From Macrostomum hystrix (lineage: Eukaryota > Animalia > Platyhelminthes), in the NCBI GenBank assembly GCA_950097015.1, contig CATNEN010000034.1:1798001-1862000 (forward strand): a stretch of 64,000 nucleotides of DNA, given 5' to 3'. The notes beneath the pieces were generated by a model, which did no database searches, was not told the origin of the DNA, and saw only the letters and a list, made by a program, of their open reading frames with translations. How positions within the stretch are numbered: position 1 is the first letter of the stretch; every line of letters begins with the position of its first letter. Below, piece by piece: positions 47,171 to 59,100 of this stretch. Position numbers and translations under genes: made by a program.

Positions 47171-47544
47171 ATGGCACCCGAATGTGCCTGCATTATCTCC
47201 GACTTCATTGGTAACTAACTAGACGGAGCTGCCAGACCTTCAGCAAGTAAAAGTTGAGTTAAGTATCGAGACTTAATCAGCGAAAGTAGAAATATTCGCT
47301 TTAGGGTCTGCATAGCCAGCTGGAGGCACCCTGCTGACGGTGCTGGTGGCATCGGGGTACTAGATGAGGGTGTCCTGTGGTGGAGCTTTATCTCATTTTT
47401 AGGTTTGATCAGCGTCATGTGAGAAATTTGCACCCGGGTGTCCATATTCGGCTGGTGCCACTTGTTGAAGGTCCAGCAGCTTCGCCTAGTTAAAACTTGG
47501 TGACCATCGAAGTCGGATATGATGCAGGCACATTCGGGTGACAT
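47171..47544. mobile_element. MITE-like element with 45-bp imperfect inverted repeats
   Basis: 47171-47215 matches the reverse complement of 47500-47544 at 39/45 positions. CAGA flanks both sides as a candidate TSD. No convincing coding capacity. Confidence 0.55.
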
Positions 47545-48142
47545 CAGACGGTTTTTTCAGTCCGTGGACTGGACTGCCGTCCAATCATCCAAGGACTGAA
47601 AATCCGCCGCACAAGGCTGTGCCCACCGGCATCTAGCATTCCTTCCCTTTTCTCCCATTCATTAAAACATCGTTTTCCTGATCAATAAAAGCCAAAAAAT
47701 TAGATAGAAGGCTATCTTGTTGAGACCTGTCCGGTTGATAGGGCACAGTTCATAGCATCCTCAGGAGCAAATGTCTGACAAAGAAGTTTTATGGCTACTG
47801 TTTCATTCGACTGATTTATATTCTCATATTATGAGCCATTCATAAAAACTAATTAGTCTATATTACGAGTAAGGCAGTAAAAGCTTTTGATTATTTTCAG
47901 TCTTTGCCCATGCAAATCCCAGGCGGAAAATTTCTAAGAAATGAAAGAATTGCATCATGGTCCAAGAAATGAATTCTGAGAAGATAAGGTCTCCGCGCTT
48001 TATTCAGGAACGTACTAAGATAAAAAAAATAGGTTTAGAAAAACAAATTTCACTTTACGAATCAAATAGTTTATTTTTATATCTTAATTTACCCCATTTT
48101 GTTTGTCTTATCACAAATCACTCTTCGCTCATCAGCTCTGAA

Positions 48143-48841
48143 ACTCGCTTGCCAAGGAACTCCGAAACTGGTCCTCGCTTGCCCAGGAACTCCGAAACTG
48201 GTCCTCGCTTGCCAAGGAACTCCGAAACTGGTCCTCGCTTGCCAAGGAACTCCGAAACTGGTCCTCGCTTGCCCAGGAACTCCGAAACTGGTCCTCGCTT
48301 GCCCAGGAATTCGGAAACTGGTTCTCGCTTGCCCAGGAATTCGGAAACTGGTCCTCGCTTGCCCAGGAATTCGGAAACTGGTTCTCGCTTGCCCAGGAAT
48401 TCGGAAACTGGTTCTCGCTTGCCCAGGAATTCGGAAACTGGTCCTCGCTTGCCCAGGAACTCCGAAACTGGTCCTCGCTTGCCCAGGAATTCGGAAACTG
48501 GTCCTCGCTTGCCCAGGAATTCGGAAACTGGTCCTCGCTTGCCCAGGAATTCGGAAACTGGTCCTCGCTTGCCCAGGAACTCCGAAACTGGTCCTCGCTT
48601 GCCCAGGAATTCGGAAACTGGTCCTCGCTTGCCCAGGAATTCGGAAACTGGTCCTCGCTTGCCCAGGAATTCGGAAACTGGTTCTCGCTTGCCCAGGAAT
48701 TCGGAAACTGGTTCTCGCTTGCCCAGGAATTCGGAAACTGGTTCTCGCTTGCCCAGGAATTCGGAAACTGGTTCTCGCTTGCCCAGGAATTCGGAAACTG
48801 GTTCTCGCTTGCCCAGGAATTCGGAAACTGGTCCTCGCTTG
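48143..48841. repeat. 30-bp minisatellite (CCTCGCTTGCCCAGGAATTCGGAAACTGGT)n upstream of INPP5A
   Basis: About 23 units; source of four junk ORFs. Confidence 0.95.
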
Positions 48842-50141
48842 CCGATGGATTCAGACGCACGCATGCTAGAAACCTTAGCAACTTGGTGAGTTTTGCTGTT
48901 TTGCTGGTTAAGCCTCGAAGTAATATGCCCTAAAAGGTAATGTGATCTAGCTTCGCTCCAGAATGTTAAACACAGAAATTAGGTTCGCATTCGCATACCA
49001 GCAGTAGGATTATCTTTTGGTGTCGCAGCCAACGGAAGCTGGGCGAGCTGCTGCATCAGGACTGCGCACAGGAGCACCCATTTGACCGTGCGGCGGCCTG
49101 AAACCAGAATCGTATTGTGGCAAATTAAAAAACTGCTGTTTAGTATGCAAAAATAATTGGAAATACAAATGGTGACTTGCATCTTCCAGCGCGGATCATT
49201 TTTGATACGATAAGATTTTCAAAAAGAACTCAAATTAAATTAGGAAAGTTTTTTCGCAAGCAGAGCCATCTCGCAGAGCAGGATTAAGTTTTTGTAAACT
49301 TGACCGATGCTTGCGACGCAACAATGCTGCTAAACTCTGAGAGCCAATTAGATGACTTTCAGCGCATTTTTGTCATCTGAAAACTTTATGGGTCACCCTT
49401 GCTTTCTGAATTACTCGTTTCATTTATTAAACTATAAGTTTTCAATGTTTTGAAACACACAAAACTATTTAACAATACAAAAATACTATAGTAAACAATA
49501 TAGTTTAGATTGATAATAATTAAAAAATACTCAAACTAAAAAAGTGGATGCGTCGAGCGATCTGCATGACTTAGTTCGACTAGATGCTGTTTTCAGCACA
49601 GGCAAAATCGCTTATGCTTTTGATTTAACAAAAGCTGATAATATATTTCCTTGTTTTTTTATCGAGAATAGTTGTTCTGCACTCCAAAAAGCATTTTTTG
49701 TATTCTGCATCTTTTTAGGACTGAATTTCAGGGAATAACGTACAACTCTCAAACTCAACCTTTCAAAACAATATAATATTCTGTGTTATAAGATAAATAT
49801 TTTTAACTACAAAAACACTTTTAGTTCAACCTAACTCCAACCTAACCTACCTAACAACATAACGAAAAAGTAACTGTAGGCAATTGGGTTATTTAGAGTT
49901 GCGGATAACGATTTTCCGGATTCTTTGAACGAACAATCAATTTTCTTTTTTTCGCTCGAATCTGAAGGAAACGTTTCTAGGAACTAAACAAGAAGCCCAT
50001 TCTTCCACCAGGCCTGTTCTAATATAGATATAATACCCAGTAACATGAACTTATTCGTCGGTGGATCCGGTATAATTTGTTCATTTTAATTAGAATTTTT
50101 GCCATGTAACTATTCTAAAGCAATCGAAGAAATATTTTATA

Positions 50142-53100
50142 ATGGAAAAGGATAGTCTTAAAACACTTCTTATCACAGCCAATGTTGGCTCACTTTTTGA
50201 TGATGTAAGTCCTCAGAATTTAATTGACGTGTTTTTTAAATGACATTTAAACTAAAAATACTCTGCTTTATAAAAAAATAAAAATGTTTTTAATGAAAAA
50301 ATAAATACAAGTTTTAGATATTTACTTTGCAATTTTCTATATCTGATTTACAATTTTAATCAATTTTTTAAATAAGTAGGCTCATCTAGCTAATAATTAA
50401 ATTAGTATATACAAGTATTTGAACTAGATTTTTCTAAAATGCATCGAATTTACTTGTTGGAATAAAAAAGTACGTGCCAACTTGTTATATTGCTACTGTG
50501 GCATTTCCTATAAAGGGTGTTAGTGAATAAACATTAATTTCTTTAAGAAAATTAGTCATTGTTTCTATTACATTTTCCAAAGTGCTGTTTACAAATTTGG
50601 TAATATTATATTGTCTCGGTCGTTTTTTGTGCTACAACTGTGTCTTGTTTGTTATGGGACAAAACAGTTCAAGCCAAAATGCTATATAAATTTTATCTAA
50701 CAATTAGGCAACTGAAAGTTTTCAGCAAAACTGATACATTCTTTCTCTTTTGCAACTAGGCTAGGTAGCTAATTTAAAAGGTTAAATTATTTCATTTTTT
50801 GTTTAATTGTTGTAAATTAGCTTCATCCATTTCACTTTTTTCATAACATACACAGCTTCAGCTAAACTATTTACTTTCCTTTTAAACAACTTTAGCCTGT
50901 CAACTTGTTTCCACCATGGTTGAAGAACTTTTATCAGGTATGAGATTTAAACTATAAATTTAAATAAAAAACTGGCAACTGAAATGACATTAACACATAT
51001 TTAAACATGAAACTGCAGGCTGTGACAGACAAGGATCCAGATCTTATCGCCATCCACTGTCAGGAAGTTGGTGGCAAGAATTTTCAAGAATCAATGCCGC
51101 GCGTTTCTGAATGGATCAGGTAAATAAAAAATCTACACAGCGATTTCATTTTCTAAGAAAATCTGTTGGCAGCAACCTCCTCATTTGACTGCTGTCGCCA
51201 GCGGCTACAATATTTTAATTGAAAGACACTTGGGAACAAGGCTTCAAAGGATCGAGAAAAAGAGAAGATGAGAAAAAAGAGAATCGTTAGGTCGTCGTCT
51301 CTTGCAACTCCTCTGCATTCCTTCTCGTCCCGCCCTGTCTACGGTTCCTATTCTCAAATCTCATTCTCGTTAATCCCTCTCGCCGCCTCGCCTGCTCCCC
51401 AGGGTCGGCGCCCTAATTCCTTTGCTAATTAAATGGCCTCTTCTCTCAACCTCCTCCTTTAGCTTCACTTCTTTTTAGTATTGCCATCGGGAACACGTTT
51501 CCTGTTCCGTGGGGTATTCGCGCCTAGGGTTTCAGTGTTACGGTTATTTTGTAACTTTATCTCTGAACTAGGAGACACTTGCGCCCACTAGCTAACTAGA
51601 CTGCCAAATAAATTGACTGTTCTTCGATAAATTGATTAGTCATTAGTCGCTGGATCGCATGCCGATCCAATTTTCTTGCTAAACTAACTCAGCCCCCAGG
51701 ACTTGCGAAGGAGTTTTAGAATGGTAGCCGCTGGGGCCTAGCCAGAGTGCGTGAGCCGCGCATTAGCCCAGTCAGATCAGCTCACCACATCAATGGTGGC
51801 ACTGTGGCGCTCCTCAAATCCATAGTGGCGCAATGCCCCCAAATCCATGATGTCAACCCCCAAATCCATGATTTCAACCCCGAAATCCATGATTTCAACC
51901 CCGAAATCCATGATTTCGACCCCCAAATCCAAGATGTCAACCCCCAAATCCATGATTTCGACCCCCAAATCAATGATGTCAACCCCCAAATCCAAGATAT
52001 CAACCCCAAAATCCATAATGTCAACCCCCAAATCCATGATGTCAACCCCCAAATCCATGATTTCGACCCCCAAATCCATGATGTCAACCCCCAAATCCAA
52101 GATATCAACCCCGAAATCCATAATGTCAACCCCCAAATCCATGATGTCAACCCCCAAATCCATGATGTCAACCCCCAAATCAATGATTTCAGCCCCCAAA
52201 TCCAAGATATCAACCCCGAAATCCATGATTTCAACCCCCAAATCTATGATGTCAACCCCCAAATCCATGATTTCGACCCCCAAATCCATGATTTCAACCC
52301 TTAAGTCCATGATTTCGACCCCCAAATCCATGATTTCAACCCCGAAATCCATGATTTCAACCCCCAAATCCATGATTTCGACCCCCAAATCCAAGATGTC
52401 AACCCCCAAATCCATGATGTCAACCCCCAAATCCAAGATGTAAACCCCAAAATCCATGATTTCAACCCCCAAATCCATGATTTCAACCCCCAAATCCATG
52501 ATTTCAACCCCCAAATCCATGATTTCAACCCCCAAATCCATGATTTCAACCCCCAAATCCATGATTTCGACCCCCAAATCCATGATTTCAACCCCGAAAT
52601 CCATGATTTCGACCCCCAAATCCATGATGTCAACCCCCAAATCCATGATTTCAGCCCCAACTACATGATGCCCCCCAATCATTTTTATGATACATATTTT
52701 TTGTTGTACAACTTCCACAGTTGGCTATTAGTTTTTTAAATCCAGCCTAATATAATTTATTTTTTCAGTGATTTGTTAAAATCAAACTCGCTGCAGAACT
52801 ACGACAAAGCCAGAATTTTCCTAGACGAAGATTTTCAAACGGTGGAAACTTTCACGGTCAGTTGATTTCAAATTAATTGTGCCAAAATCTGCAGCTATTG
52901 TTTTTTTACCAGAAAGTTTCACTTTAGGTTTCTGCTAAAAACAATAGTTCAATTAAAAAAATTACATCTATCAATTAATTTAATTGCTAGAGCATGTCTT
53001 AATTATTGTGATTTCAGTAATTTTATAAATTACTTTTTTTTTACTATTCAAAGACTTACAAATTTATGAATTTTTAACCGAAATTAAAGAATTAATTCAA

Positions 53101-56100
53101 TGAAATAAGGGCGGCTTGTGACGTTACGTAAAATCGTATCTTTTCAATGAAGCCCAGAAATTGCGTTCTGTCTGACAGAAAGTATCAAAGGATATTTTAT
53201 GACAGAATTTTTTTTCTCTGACATAAACTCGAGCGTGATAGGGAATAAAATTACAGATTACTAATATAAATCGAGAGACAGTGAGATTCGATGGAGTTTT
53301 TAATAAGATTTGATAGAGATCAAGGTGAGATTCGGGAAAGATTAGGGTGAGATTCGTTGGAGATTAGCGTGAGATTCGCTTGAGATTCGCTTGAGATTCG
53401 GGTGAGATTCGATAGAGATCAAGATTAGATTTGGTAAAGATTAAGGGAGATTCGCTGGAGATTAGGGTGAGATTCGATAGAGATTCGGGTGAGATTCCAT
53501 GGAGATTAGGGTGAGATTCCATGGAGACTAGGGTGAGATTCCATGGAGACTAGGGTGAGATTCAATGGAGATTAGGATGAGATTCGATGGAGATTAGTGT
53601 GAGATTCGATGGAGATCAATATGAGATTCGGTAAAGATTTGGGTGAGATTCCATGGAGATTCGATTGAGATTCGTATGAGATTCGATTGAGATTCGTATG
53701 AGATTCGATTGAGATTCGTATGAGATTCGATTGAGATTCGTATGAGATTCGATTGAGATTCGTATGAGATTCGATTGAGATTCGTATGAGATTCGATTGA
53801 GATTCGTATGAGATTCGATTGAGATTCGGGTGAGATTCGGTTGAGATTCAATGAAGAATGGGGTGAGATTTGATAGAAATTTCTGAGAAATTCCTGAGAT
53901 TAGGGTGAGATTCAATAGCAGTTCGAGAGATTTGATTATGAATATGTATTAAAGTGGAAGCTGTTTTGCTTGTAACTGTCAGGATGTTGTTCCATAGTAG
54001 AAAATAACTATAGTGCAACAATGTGACGGAAATAAATAGGCGAGGCCGTTGCACAGCAAAATTAGTTCTAGTTAAGCTCTCTTCTGCGTTAGTGTTTCTG
54101 TCAGTTTTTCTTCAAGCCGGTTTGTTAAGATGGAGTGGGTAGCCGCCGCCGCAGAAATTCCTGCAAGAAAAAGAAGACAAGAAAAACACATTGGACAAGC
54201 CAGGCCTGAATTCTCCCATTTATTGTCCGCACATATTTTTGCTTAGCATGTTCCCCCCAAAGTAGAAACCCAGACTGTTACTGACAGCTGACAGAATTCA
54301 CGGCGCTTTTGCTTTCAAATCCGCTGCGTTTGTTTTGTTTAATATAACACTTGTCATTTGCCAGATCTAGCTCACAGCTCTAGTCTCTATTTCCACCTCT
54401 CTCTATATGCCCCTACATCTCTGTCTCTATCTCTGTCTCTGTCTCTGTCTCTGTCTCTATCTCTATCTCTGTCTCTATCTCTATCTCTGTCTCTATCTCT
54501 ATCTCTGTCTCTATCTCTATCTCTGTCTCTATCTCTATCTCTGTCTCTATCTCTGTCTCTATCTCTATCTCTGTCTCTATCTCTATCTCTGTCTCTATCT
54601 CATATCTATCTAGCTCACAGCTCTAGTCTCTATTTCCATCTCTCTCTAGATACGAGCGTATGCCTCTACATTCCCGTCTCCATTTTCTCTATCTCCATCT
54701 CTATCTCTATCTCTATCTCCATCTCCTTCTCTGTCTGTATATCTGTCAATATTTGTCTCCCAAAATCCCATTGCAGGCACTCGGCTCCCTGTACTTTGTC
54801 CATTCTCGCGTGGCGGACATTGCTATGTGGGACTTCGCCAAATCTGACTTTGTTTCATTGACAGATCGAGTTGTAAGTAAAATACTAGATGCGGAGATAC
54901 GCATCTGTTTGGTGTAAACTCACCAGTTTCTACTCTTTTTTTAGATCGCTACCCACTGACTGCTTGCATGTTTCAGGCAGTTATTTTCCCAATGGGCGTG
55001 GGCGGAGGCTGTCCTATTTAGTGGGCGGAGGCTGTCCTATTTAGGCTGTCCTATTTTTAAGTCGCATTGTTTCGCGCTTACTTTCGACAACTCAGCACAG
55101 TGGAATGGGCTGTGGGGGGCGGAAATATTGAGAATTTTAATTTCTTAGTATAGTTACAATGGGTTAGCTGTTTGTCTATGATCTGACACCTTAGCAGCTC
55201 TGTTAATTGGTTTTGATTCAGATTCGCTTTTTAGCGCTCAAAATAATTTTAATTAGCTTCTTTTTATCAACTATTCCTTTTTTCTCCTTCTTCTTCCCTC
55301 TTCTTCCCTCTTCTTCCCTCTTCTTCCCTCTTCTTCCCTCTTCTCCCCTCTTCTTCCCTCTCCTTCCCTCTCCTCCCTCTCCCTCCCTCTCCTTCCCTCT
55401 CCTAGCTCCTTCCCTCTCCTTCCCTCTTATCCCCTCTTCTTCCCTCTTATCCCCTCTTCTTCCCTCTTTTTCCCTCTTCTTCCCTCTTCTTCCCTCTTCT
55501 TCCCTCTTCTTCCCTCTTCACTCCCTCTTCTCTCCCTCTCCTTCCCTCTTCTTCCCTCTCCTTCCCTCTTCTTCCCTCTTTTTCCTTCTCCTTCCCTCTC
55601 CTTCCCTCTCCTTCCCTCTCCTTCCCTCTCCTTCCCTCTTCACTCCCTCTTCTTCCTTCTCCTTCCCTCTTCTTCCCTCTTCTTCCCTCTTCTTCCCTCT
55701 TATCCCTTTATACCAGTAGAATGGGGGTTGGGAGGCGGAAATAGGGAGAATTTTAATTCGCTAAATTGACTGTTAATCAAGAGATCAAGTCTTGACAAAT
55801 AGATTTCACCGGCAGCTGAAGAGCTCGGACTAATCTAGGACTCAATCAGCTATGATGATGATCACGGACTCGAGCTGAAGAAGAAGAGCGAAGGGATTGT
55901 AATGGAGAGCATTTGAGTGCCTTTGAGTGCTGGCTCTCGCTGACTCTCTGGCCCGTTAGATAGCAAATCAATAACGGGTGAATTTGCCTGCCCAGCTCTA
56001 TTTTGATTAGCTTATTTCTTTTTCTGTTCATTAGTCTAATGGAATGAACAGAGTACAGACACAAAGTATTGTTTATTAACTTGACTGACCTCTACACGCT

Positions 56101-59100
56101 TCTATTCTCTTTCTCTCTTCCCCTGTCTCTCCCATCTCTCTCTCCCCATCTCCCCTCTCTCACCTGTCTCCCCTCTCTCACCTGTCTCCCCTCTCTCACC
56201 CGTGCCTCCCCTCTCTCACCCGTACCTCCCCTCTCTCACCCGTGCCTCCCCTCTCTCACCCGTGCCTCCCCTCTCTCACCCGTGCCTCCCCTCTCTCACC
56301 CGTGCCTCCCCTCTCTCACCCGTGCCTCCCCTCTCTCACCCGTGCCTCCCCTCTTTCACCCGTGCCTCCCCGTGCCTCCCCGTGCCTCCCCTCTCTCACC
56401 CGTGCCTCCCCTCTCTCACCCGTGCCTCCCCTCTCTCACCCGTGCCTCCCCTCTCTCACCGTGCCTCCCCTCTCTCACCCGTGCCTCCCCGTGCCTCCCC
56501 GTGCCTCCCCTCTCTCACCCGTGCCTCCCCTCTCTCACCCGTGCCTCCCCTCTCTCACCCGTGCCTCCCCATGCCTCCCCCGAATTTCCAATATCTAAGC
56601 AAATTATTACACTAAAGCGGAGAACTCACTTTTTTGAGCAGCAAATTATAATCAATAAACCATGCAAAATACTCAGGGCTGACCTATCCATTTGACACCT
56701 CAATGTGCTGAATTTTCATATCCAAATTTGCTCGCATCACCTCAGACTATGAGGGCATTGACGGGATGAGCAATCTGAGAGGCAAGGATGGCTGGTGTAT
56801 ATTACTGTATCACTCTGCGTGTGTGTCAATAATTGATGCTCCGAATATACATCGTACTCGTACTAAGCCAATCAATCAGTTCTGTAGCGCTGTAAAACCT
56901 GTGCTCAACTTGAGCATATCGAGAGCAGGAACAACTGGTTCACTATATATTTTTAACACCGCTAGCTTTAGTCTGGCCTGGCTTTAACTCAACTTCATCC
57001 TTAGTCTGTTCCCAATGGGATAGACTGATCTCCCCACTGAGCTGGCCTGGGCGATGTCTCTGAGCTAAAGGGGATTTTCGCGGATGAAAGCATTGAGGAT
57101 ATTGCTGGGTTGTGGGGGGATGTGAGTCCATCGATCATTGGACTTGATTAGAGGCCTATCTATGCTCACTTGCTTTTTTAGATCTTCTTCTTCTCACTCC
57201 CTATTGCCCGGGAGATAAAAAAGCACTGCCTGGCCTCTGCGGCTATGCTTGGTCTCTCTCTCTCTTTCTCATCCTTATCTGTGGTCCAGTTTTTCTATTA
57301 AAATGAATTGTCGCAACTGAAACTGTATGGAGGAGTGGGTCCTTCACGGTCTCTTGTCCCGCTCCCTCACCTGTCTCCCTCACCTGTCTCCCTCACCTGT
57401 CTCCCTCACCTGTCTCCCTCACCTGTCTCCCTCACCTGTCTCCCTCACCTGTCTCCCTCACCTGTCTCCCTCACCTGTCTCCCTCACCTGTCTCCCTCAC
57501 CTGTCTCCCTCACCTGTCTCCCTCACCTGTCTCCCTCACCTGTCTCCCTCACCTGTCTCCCTCACCTGTCTCCCTCACCTGTCTCCCTCACCTGTCTCCC
57601 TCACCTGTCTCCCTCACTGTCTACCTCACCTGTCTCCCTCACCTGTCTCCCTCACCTGTCTCCCTCACTGTCTACCTCAACTGTCTACCTCACCTGTCTC
57701 CCTCACCTGTCTCCCTCACCTGTCTCCCTCACCTGTCTCCCTCACCTGTCTCCCTCACCTGTCTCCCTCACCTGTCTACCTCACGTGTCTACCTCACCTG
57801 TGTCCTCACCTGTTTCCCTCACGTGTCTACCTCACCTGTCTCCCTCACCTGTCTCCCTCACCTGTCTCCCTCACCTGTCTCCCTCACCTGTCTCCCTCAC
57901 CTGTCTCCCTCACCTGTCTCCCTCACCTGTCTCCCTCACCTGCTTGCCGCGCCTATCTCATTTATCTGTCTACTTCTACTTAACCACCAGACAATCTCTT
58001 TCTGTCTACCATTGCTTTCCCTGTGTGTATTTTAAGTCATTTTTTAAGTATCCTTACACCTTACTTATTTCTTATCTGCATATTTTTTGCAAGAAAAGCA
58101 TGTTTTTTTCTCTGCTCACTCCTATGTTGCTACCAGTCTGCATATTTTAGCACTTTTATCTTCCAGACAAATTTTCTACACAGACGGAGGCATACAAATT
58201 ATTTTGATATCCGTTATTTGGTTTTCTCATAATTTTCTTCAGTAGATATTATTTTATTAATCCCACAGGACTGTTCAGCTGTTTTCCCTAAATGTGAAGT
58301 AGCTGAATCGGGACTATACATTGGCCATATGCGAATCCTTCAAGCCTTCACAATACAGATTTAAAGCCTTTAAAATCAACCCCATAGACAGAATGGATAC
58401 CTCTCGGCAAATACCGAACTTCAATTAAATTCTTATCAATATATTAATGAAAAATGTCGAATTTGACCTGCCAAATATTCTAGCTAGATCACTGGACTAC
58501 CTAGACATTCTAGACATTCTGCTCACCGTCTTTCTTATTTTACTCTTTTGTTTTAAAGATTTCTGTCTTTCCCTTTGAAAAATTCTTATTTCTTCACATT
58601 TTGCGGTCAACAGCTGTTGCTATATGCATTGGCGCGTGTTGTTTTGCTATGCTAAAGTTCATATGGCTTTTTTGGGATCAATTCTCAGAAAGAAGCATTT
58701 TCAGTATAGAATAGCATAGTTTGTTATAAGCTTAGTAAAAACCCGGATTACATTCATAACAAAAATAGTCTAATTTTTAACAGACAGAAAAATTGACATC
58801 ACCCGAGGCCGTTTTTTTTCAATTAAGATGATGAACGAAAATTGAGATCAGACTCACTAATTTAATTGCTCGGAACTAGAAAGTGAACTGAGAAGCTTGG
58901 AGTTTGATGGTGGGATTGAAGTCATTAACAAAATTGCTCTCCTGTCTATTTTTGGCTTATCTACTATAACTGCCTGTTAAAGTTATCATAAATATAATTT
59001 TTATAGGATTTCAAGCTCAGTTTAGTTACTGTGGTCTGGCTGCTTGTCTAGTCTCTAGACAATCATCCCTAGTCTCTTAGCAGCTCCGTTAATTGATGCA

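Noticed and set aside
51199-51733. CCAGCGGCTAC / GTAGCCGCTGG 11-bp inverted pair in INPP5A intron 3
   Set aside because: Short, with no TSD and no extended TIR; could be chance.
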